64,000 nt of DNA. Origin: Raillietiella orientalis. Its lineage: Eukaryota. Under the pieces are notes generated by a model. It was not told where the DNA came from, did not search any database, and saw nothing but the letters and a program-made list of their open reading frames with translations. Below, piece after piece: positions 57,490-64,000 of this stretch. Both the position numbers and the translations under genes were made by a program. The DNA lies in contig JAYWIR010000121.1 in NCBI GenBank assembly GCA_036172245.1, positions 1 to 64,000 on the forward strand, in the 5' to 3' direction. Each line of letters begins with the position of its first letter. The stretch's first letter is position 1.

Positions 57490-57830
57490 AAACGGCGCCC
57501 ATCCTTCTCGAGAGCCTGATTACAGAGAATAATTGGCACGTGGGCAAAGTTAAAAGATCGCAGCTTCTCAGAGCTGCCTGAGATTCAGCAACAACGCCGG
57601 ATTCTCGTTTCGGAAGATTCAGGAGTGGGCCAGCATGAGAACGACGGAAAAAGACCCCTGCACCTGCGGAGATGTCCTTCTTAAGGAGAGCACTCGACAG
57701 CACCAAACACCGAGCCGCGTGTGTAGCAGTTCTCTGCTGCATACGCGGAATCCTGAACAAATGGACTGCATCCAGGAGAGGTCACAACAGCTGGAATGTC
57801 ATTCACTGGGCAGCCATCTCCATGGAGAAG
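57490..57830 (+). mobile_element. Degenerate LINE 3' ORF end, Ingi/Vingi-like
   Basis: TWAKLKDR ... IQEWA ... DPCTCGD ... QTPSRVC resembles W..LNR.RTG.GR...L..WG...C.CG...QT..H...C. Confidence 0.4.
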
Positions 57831-58229
57831 ACTTCCCGATGGCTCTGGCTAAGGACATTACGACCGGCACTTGTCCACATCCAAAGCCGGATGCCGAGGA
57901 CCCCTCCCGGCGATCTGTGATCCCTTCCCTTTCCTCCCGTCCCTCTGGAACATGGCCCTCCCTTCCTATTTATTTATTGTTTTTTTTTGTGTGTGTGATT
58001 TTCCCCTCCTTCGTTGGCAGCAAAGAGGACCTCACCGGCCTTAGGGCTGGTGAAGACAAGTTTTCAAGACAGGCAGAATCACGTGTCCTGTTTGATTGAA
58101 CATAAAGACTTAATTATAAGGTTTTACTCCGCTAAAATTTTAATTATAAATGCCCCGGCATATCCGGGCGAAAAATCAAACACTGAGGTAGCAAGTCTCC
58201 TGCAAGATCTCCTGGAATATGATAGTGAA

Positions 58230-58500
58230 TGGACCATAGGACATCTGGCGCACGCCACGAACCCGACTGCACTTCCTCCAGGACTACAGAGCTGAAACGA
58301 GCTGCTCGGTGTTCCAGTGGAAGATCTGGAGTGGCCCCAGTTGTAAAGGACAGGAGGACCGTAATCTTGAAGCGGAAGAAGTCAGCACCTCTGCTGTCGC
58401 ATTGGGGCTTCCTTTGAAACGCACATGGACACCACTAGACACTGGGGAGAGCGAATCCAGACTTTCGCGGTTGCGGGGAGCGGGAATCCCTGCCTCACCC
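58230..58500 (+). mobile_element. Second Ingi/Vingi-like LINE 3' ORF-end relic
   Basis: NPTALPPGL / LKRAARCSSGRS ... LLSHWGF / WGERIQTF, the same motif order (P..PPG..LNR.R..GR...HWG...G..QT) broken by stops and frameshifts. Confidence 0.4.
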
Positions 58501-58510
58501 AGCCCGTGTC

Positions 58511-58800
58511 GGAGACCATGTGGTTACGGTGGTCTCCGCGCAGGGCACCATGCGTCGTGGGTTCGAGTACCCCGAAGGAATCGACGCAGCGCGGCGTGGG
58601 TCCCGAGTACTTTCTACAGGATGACGCTAGTTGCCCTAAATTCATCCGGGTGCGGCACTGGTAGCGGTTTAGAACGGATGCCCCCTGATGAGGGCTGGGA
58701 CAAACAAGAGTCGACCTCCGGGACCTTCCAGGAATCACGGAGTAGGAGCTCCCCTCCGGTAGTGAAGGAGCGAATCCCCTATACCGGGGGGACCCCTCCA
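58511..58800 (+). mobile_element. Putative tRNA-derived SINE with V-domain-like core
   Basis: GC-rich ~290-bp island with A-box-like TGGTTACGGTGG (58521-58532) and B-box GGTTCGAGT (58560-58568). GCGTGGGTCCCGAGTACTTTC and TGCCCCCTGATGAGGGCTGG loosely resemble V-SINE segments (GCGTGGGTTT.CTCCGGGTACT, TGCCCTGCGATGGACTGG). No clear TSD seen. Confidence 0.45.
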
Positions 58801-58969
58801 CGTATTTCAGTTAACTGCATATTAGAAATTACATCAATTCACTAACCAACTCTGCGAAAATTGGGAAAGTTGTTTAATGTTACGATATGAACCATATATC
58901 CAGAGATGCTTTTGAACTGTTTCCTTCCTGGGAAGGCATCAAGAAAGAAACCATGAGATCTCGAAGTGG

Positions 58970-59570
58970 CAAACATTTGTTTCTTTGCTAAGGATCAGCA
59001 CTCAACGGTGGGCGATGCTCCATATGGAGAAGGAGTGATTATGCGCCCTGATGGGACCGGAGATTCGATTGAAGGTGCGCTTTCTGCTGGCACGGATACT
59101 GAATTTCTTTATATGGCACGAAACTGCATCGAAGCATTGCAGAAGAATTGATAAGATTCACTCCTATGGCGATATTGTGTGGACGATTGGAGCGCGTTGG
59201 CCAAAGAGTCGTTGATGAGCGCACTCGTAATGAGTTCGGTATAGAAGATGATGTTCTTTCAGCAGGTGAGGCAGCTGCGATGGTACTTCTTGATCCACGT
59301 GTTTGGTTTCTTTCTGCTGTAGCAAGTAATTGATGAAAGTTTTAGTTGTGGTGGTGGTATGCTTGAGCACCCTCCATATTCGAAACCTATGCAGTGGACA
59401 GAACACGAAGTTCTCTGCAAATCACAAACAAAGAAGTGATTAGAGGCGGAAACGGTCTGAAGTGTTAACAAAAAGGAGTAGTCCTGAATTATTAGATGTA
59501 ACAACAAGGGACAAATTCACTTGGAAAGATCAACGAGCAACAAATGCCAGTGTTGGCTTGCAGTTGTTGC
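58970..59570 (+). mobile_element. Degenerate mariner (Tc1/mariner) transposase catalytic-domain fragment
   Basis: LEHPPYS at 59362-59382 (hallmark L.HPPYSPDL), preceded by LCGRLERVGQRVVDER (cf. Y..QL.RL...I..KR) and MVLLDP (cf. V.LLHDNA). Multiple stops; no TIRs recognised. Confidence 0.65.
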
Positions 59571-59699
59571 TTATGCAATACGTCACACATCGCTTTATCA
59601 CCCCATTATACTTTCCATAAGATGATAAATGAATCCACATTCTACGCGGACAAACTCTGGTTTGTCAGTGTCATAACTGTGCTTCAAAAAGTAGAGTGA

Positions 59700-60180
59700 T
59701 CCACGGAGTACGACAAGGGGAAGCACACTTCATCATAGGTGCCGTATAGTACTATCAACGAAGTCTATGGGGCAAAGAATTCGAATCGTAATAGCAGAAG
59801 CATCTGTAGGAACGGGGAGGAGCTGAGAAAACGGAGTCATGGTCAGATGATATGACTCGGCTCGTATAGCTGTGAGTGATTTTTTCCCATGTGCCAAACG
59901 TACGTCTTCAGTCGCACTTTAGCAGGAATTTCCAAAGAGGGAAATACACAGGGAAAGGCGTTTTGGGGGAAGAGGGTACTTTAGTGCTACTAGTGCGCAT
60001 ATGACAGATGAAGTGATTAATGAGTGCTTTAAGAAACACACAGACGCACATCAACCTGTAACTATATCTACCTCCAGATTGGAGTGGCTTCAGCTTCTTA
60101 CCGCGCTTGCAACTCAATGTACAACCTTTCGGCTTCGGCTGATACTGCTTCCCGAACGGGACATCCTAGATAAATGTTGT
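59700..60180 (-). mobile_element. Degenerate Ty3/Gypsy integrase fragment
   Basis: Minus strand: GCTLSCKRGK (C..C of the HHCC finger), KPLQSGGRYSYRLMCVCVFLK (cf. GPL..S.G..Y.L..VD.FSK), RVISSDHDSVFS at ~59859-59824 (cf. I.SD.G..F.S). Confidence 0.55.
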
Positions 60181-60249
60181 CGATGAGTCCATACCATGTG
60201 TACACCTAATGACATTTGAATTTATTTATTCAGAAAATTCTCTCTTTCG

Positions 60250-60500
60250 AGGGTGCAGCTCGTCGAAGATTCAGAGAGAACTATGTGCAACGAAAATGTG
60301 CTTCGTTCGTCCTTTGCTCTCTGCAATAGATTGCGTCTACATTACATTTAGACACTTCAACTCTACGGGAAACGAGAGAATATGCATAACCACCGTGGAA
60401 AATGGTAACCAAATATCCACAGTGCATACGTGTTTGAGGCAAAATTGTCATCCAAAGTTATTTCAAAGAGCTTACTCAGGAAAACTCTGTCCACTCTTAA
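60250..60500 (-). mobile_element. Possible pogo/Tigger-type DDE transposase relic
   Basis: Minus strand ITLDDNFASN (cf. LLLDNFSAH) then IFHGGYAYSL/PVE (cf. IPGG.T..LQPLD). Confidence 0.35.
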
Positions 60501-60807
60501 CAAGATGCAGAGTCTGAACTAGAAAAGCAGGAAGAAGCATTTGAAAAAATAGAACAAGGAAAAGAATTGCCCTGAAAAATGATTTGGAACCACATCCAAA
60601 TTGGCGATAGCGAAACCGTTGCATGAAAATACAACTTTAGCCTTGGCAATCATGTGAAAGGGACATGGCATAGTAGTTGAATAGCACGTTTCTAGGCGGC
60701 GCTCCCATTTCCTAAAAATGACAAACACTCCCATCTATGTCTTTGATTCAAAAATAAACTTTGCTGTAATTTTTCAGCAAAGCTTCTCATCATCGAAGAG
60801 TTTCTAA

Positions 60808-60960
60808 TACAATAATAATTTTATAGCTGATTTTAAATATAATATTTATATTAAATCTTGAAAGCGAATTAAAATATTCTTTGATTTATGTTGAACCCCA
60901 AATGTTTTATATAGCAATTATTTTTTGTTAATATATTATATATTACCTTTCAATAATTAA
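60808..60960 (+). pseudogene. Possible 3' end of a mitochondrial protein gene (nad5-like?) in the NUMT
   Basis: 50 codons open if TGA=Trp (YNNNFMADFKYNIYIKSWKRIKMFFDLCWTPNVLYSNYFLLMYYMLPFNN*). FDLCW loosely recalls the nad5 D.GW motif. Identity uncertain. Confidence 0.3.
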
Positions 60961-61010
60961 ATAAATCATGTTCTTCAAACATGTTTACCATTAATAAGGT
61001 GAATTTGAAA
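60948..61010. tRNA. Mitochondrial tRNA-like element of uncertain identity (Phe-GAA on minus strand, or a D-armless tRNA on plus)
   Basis: 5-bp stem CATGT/ACATG closes a 7-nt loop (minus strand TTGAAGA); second hairpin TTACC/GGTGA; outer TTCAA/TTGAA pairing. Confidence 0.4.
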
Positions 61011-61027
61011 TTTATCCATCTTGAAAA

Positions 61028-61082
61028 TAAGAAATAGTTTAATGGAATATTCTGTTTACATCAAAAAGAAAAATTTTCTTAT
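61028..61082 (+). tRNA. trnV: Mitochondrial tRNA-Val(TAC), T-armless (NUMT copy)
   Basis: Acceptor TAAGAAA/TTTCTTA, D stem GTTT/GAAT, anticodon arm TTCTG-TTTACAT-CAAAA (one mismatch), 8-nt TV-replacement loop AGAAAAAT. Confidence 0.75.
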
Positions 61083-61092
61083 TTCAATTAAA

Positions 61093-61154
61093 ACTAATAT
61101 GGCAGAAATATATGTATTAAATTGAGGATTTAATTAGGCTTAAAGCTGTTAGTT
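61093..61154 (+). tRNA. trnL1: Mitochondrial tRNA-Leu(CUN type), anticodon reads GAG (NUMT copy)
   Basis: Typical Leu 5' end ACTAATATGGCAGA; acceptor ACTAATA/TGTTAGT; anticodon arm TTAAA-TTGAGGA-TTTAA; short T arm GCT-TAA-AGC. Confidence 0.8.
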
Positions 61155-61850
61155 TAAATGATTTTTACACGTGATTTCATATTGGTTAAAATAATGAAGT
61201 GTACATGAATTTTTAAAATAAAATACGTAGTATTTGATTTTAATTATAAAGAAAAATCGAATTAGCAATTATTTAAAATTTTGTTAATTTGCGTGCCAGC
61301 AATAGCGGTTAAACGTAAAAATTAAATTAATATCAATGTTTTATTGATTAAAAATGAAAATTTTTGGTTTTATAATTACAGATTAATTTTTATTAAGCTT
61401 TTATTAATAAAATGGAATTAGGTAATCTAATATAAATAGTGGATATTAAAACATAAGGAGGAAGGACTTATATTCATAAGGACTTATATGAATTGGTGGT
61501 AATCACCATTTTTAGGGGAGTTTGCTTAATAAATGATAATCCGCGAGGAACTTACTTTATTATAGTGTTTGTACATCGTTGATTGGATTATTAAAGAGTA
61601 ACCGATTTTCTCAATAAATGGTAATTACAAGTTTTAATCAAGATGCAGCATGGAAAAGAATAATTTCTGAACTACGCTGTCTTGAACTTGAATATATATA
61701 TGTAATTTTGTATTGAAATAGGATTCAATTGTAAATTGATCTGAGAAGGGTAAATTGAATGTAATAATCATCGAATGCAAATTGCCCGTCGCTCTCATAT
61801 AAGGTTACATAAGTCGTAACATGCTGGATGGGCCGGAAGGTGCATCTCCG
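61155..61850 (+). rRNA. rrnS: Mitochondrial small-subunit (12S) rRNA, NUMT pseudogene
   Basis: GTGCCAGCAATAGCGGTTAAAC (61293-61314), TTGCCCGTCGCTCTC (~61782-61796), AAGTCGTAACA (61811-61821), terminal GGAA-tetraloop hairpin (61827-61846). Ends approximate. Confidence 0.92.
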
Positions 61851-62711
61851 CAGGGGGATAAATTACTAATTAAGGTAAAAATTAATTGGGTGTTGATAAT
61901 TATTCAAAATTTTGTTAAATTCAAATACGAGGTTATTGGTAAAAAATTTTGTTTCATTGTGATAATGAAAAGTACTGAAAAGGATTTTAGTAAATAATAA
62001 TAGAGTATTCAAATTAATTATGATTTGTATCGTAGTAAAATAAATTAAAAATTTATATTTAATGTTCGAATATTAATGAGTTAAATGAAACGATTGCCAT
62101 ATGCAACAAAATTTGTTGAAATTTTATTCGGAGGTGATATGCTGACAGATTCATATTTCCAATTATTAATTGATAATAAATTAGGGATAAACTTGTTTTT
62201 TTTGTAAATGTGATAATATTTGTAAATTACGAGCTTTAGGGTAGCTATTATAAGGTTTTTATACTGAGTTAATGTTAATTTCTAAAGTATTGCATGAATG
62301 AAATATAATTCATCATAATTTATGTGAAATAATGTTTTAATTAGTAAAATGTGAAATTCAGTTGTAAAGTAAGCATATTATAAGGAATTCGGCAAAACAT
62401 TGTTTCAATTGTTTCTTAAAGACATTTTTTTATGAATAATATAAGGTATGGTCTGCTCGGTGTACAATAAACAGCTGCGGTATACTGCCGTGCTGAGGCA
62501 GCGCAAAAATTCGCTATTCAATTGGTAGAACGAATGAGGGATTGTAGTAAGCAAGGCTGTGTCGTTTTATGTATTTGGATTGAATGCAATAGTGGAAAAC
62601 GTATACTGAATTTAAGAGACGAGAAGACCCTTTGGAACTCGTGTCCTTAGAGAAATTGAAAGGGAGGAACTACAATAATATTTTAATAGGATGTTATCTG
62701 GGGCAGATACT
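61851..62711 (+). rRNA. rrnL: Mitochondrial large-subunit (16S) rRNA, 5' ~860 nt only, NUMT pseudogene
   Basis: AGTACTGAAAAGGA, TAAGGAATTCGGCAAA (62381-62396), TGTTTCTTAAAGACAT (16Sar-like site), CAGCTGCGGTAT, GACGAGAAGACCCT (62618-62631), TGGGGCAGA (~62699); the 3' part of domain V is absent. Confidence 0.92.
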
Positions 62712-62959
62712 GAAGAGTTTATCTTCACCCTCGTCTTTTGCGCATTCCAATATGGTAGCCAATGGCGCTCATTTTTCATTTCCTCAAAGATATCAATTTA
62801 TTTCAACACATTTCATCCATTTCACCTTTATTTCTATCAATCCTACTCTCTGCAAGTATTCTTCGTCGGTTTTTTCTCCCCCGCCCCTCTACACATTCCC
62901 CTCATTTCTCAGTGGAAAAAAGACCTTCCTACCAATTTCCGTCATTTCATCGGTAATTC

Positions 62960-63300
62960 ACGCTTTTAAGTTCCAGTTTAAGCCAAGTAAATTCAAGTGT
63001 TCTCCGAACTTCAAGCGTGTATTTTCAAAGCAAATAATAACAGCTATTCAATTCGGTCAGTTGAATGAGTGCACTGACAATTTGCTGGGACTTTGCATCT
63101 CTGCATTCCAACCTGTGGTATCCGGTGTATTTCCCGATGAAATGAAATATTCCATCACTAAAGATCCGTAGCAAAATTCCTTTCATGCAGAAGAAGGCCT
63201 TCCAACCACCCACCACAGCTTTTCAGCTTGCCAACATTCCTCAACAGATTCTTCCATCCTCTAGCTCGGCGAAACACATCGAACAATTCAAACATCAGGA
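62960..63300 (+). mobile_element. Degenerate LINE reverse transcriptase N-terminal fragment (CR1/L2/Jockey-type)
   Basis: QLNECTDNL...SGVFPDEMKYSIT (cf. LKEC...G.FP..WK.A.V.P) then PSNHPPQLFSLPTFLNRFF (cf. P.NYRPISLLP.FSK.FE). Confidence 0.65.
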
Positions 63301-63405
63301 GTGTCCCTCCATTAGAGGCTTAAAAAGCCCCGGCCCATACCCTGCCACGAAAACGCACGCGAATCACGGGTGGGTTTTCGAAGCTGCCCATCCCGCACCA
63401 CATGG

Positions 63406-63920
63406 TCAACGGAAGGCTGGCGAGCCGCAGACGGCAGCAGCCTGGAGTTGCCGCAGGCGGCACAGCTCCTTCTGGTGCGCGAGCAGCTTCCGGGCGAGGG
63501 AACGCTTGGAGCGAACCAGCCGTTCCACCCGCTCGGAAAGCTGCGCCGCGCACCATCGCCCGTCGCAGCGCGCCCACGCTCCCACCTTCCGGCTGACGAG
63601 CCGGCGATCGCGCCTGCGGTGCGCGCGCCCACCCCTCTTCCGCGCCCCAAGCCGAGCCCGAGTACGGCGCCTCCGCTCGCCGACGCCACGGGGCGCGGTC
63701 GGAGCGCAGCCCGCACCGAAGACATACGACGACGACGCCTTCGTAGGCACTCCTGCTGCTTGCACCTGCCCGCTGCTGCCCGCTGAAAACAGCCCCTGCG
63801 ACGCGCGCACCGTCACGAACAGCGCGTCGCTACGGGCCTCCGTAGACAGCAGACTGGGTCGGGCACCAAACGCCGCCTGGAGAAGCGCCGCCTCGACGCA
63901 CGTCGACGATTCCTGCGTCC
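63406..63920 (-). CDS. Possible terminal coding exon of an unknown gene (coiled-coil-like C-terminus)
   Basis: GC-rich; strong minus-strand acceptor ATTAATCTCTTTCCTTTCGTTTTAG ending at 63921; frame open to a stop at 63406, ending AQLSERVERLVRSKRSLARKLLAHQKELCRLRQLQ. High GC alone can produce long ORFs. Confidence 0.35.
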
Positions 63921-64000
63921 CTAAAACGAAAGGAAAGAGATTAATTTCGGCCACGGAACACGAATCTTCCGTGGCGCCCTCCGCACACCACCCTCTCCCC

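Larger units (their letters stand above)
60804..62711 (+). pseudogene. Nuclear mitochondrial insertion (NUMT), ~1.9 kb, metazoan-type
   Basis: Abrupt switch to very AT-rich sequence holding mitochondrial tRNAs and reduced rRNAs, embedded between nuclear TE relics; rrnL is truncated; flanked by GAAGAGTTT at 60795-60803 and 62712-62720. Confidence 0.92.

Noticed and set aside
58685..58705. CTGATGA hammerhead core next to a GC helix
   Set aside because: The partner strand CCCAGCCC is not followed by GAAA, so the catalytic core cannot be completed.
60804..62711. Functional organellar or bacterial rRNA operon
   Set aside because: Reduced metazoan mitochondrial type, truncated LSU, disruptive insertion and nuclear TE flanks.
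62632..63171. 179-aa ORF as a gene
   Set aside because: It is chimeric: it starts inside rrnL, crosses the NUMT junction and ends in a LINE RT relic.
63311..63400. Helitron 3' end (hairpins plus CTAA on the minus strand)
   Set aside because: Hairpin-to-CTRR spacing is atypical and there is no other Helitron evidence.

Overview
Eukaryotic (animal) nuclear DNA at the edge of a satellite array. Positions 1-52056 are a tandem array of a ~2.22-kb non-coding monomer (about 23 copies, one 100-N gap at 20993-21092). Each monomer is an ancient head-to-tail dimer of ~1.11-kb subunits that align almost without gaps at only ~59% identity. Monomers are further organised into local 2-mer and 4-mer higher-order repeats and mosaics. 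The repeated short ORFs in the array are not credible genes. Positions 52057-60800 are a dense mosaic of short, frameshifted transposon relics (Ty3/Gypsy, BEL/Pao, RTE-like and Ingi-like LINEs, a tRNA-derived SINE, mariner, possibly pogo). Positions ~60804-62711 are a metazoan mitochondrial insert (NUMT: T-armless trnV, trnL, rrnS, 3'-truncated rrnL) bounded by a 9-bp direct repeat. A LINE reverse-transcriptase relic and a GC-rich possible terminal exon end the window. All calls are by eye; TE family assignments rest on short degenerate motifs and the host species cannot be identified.
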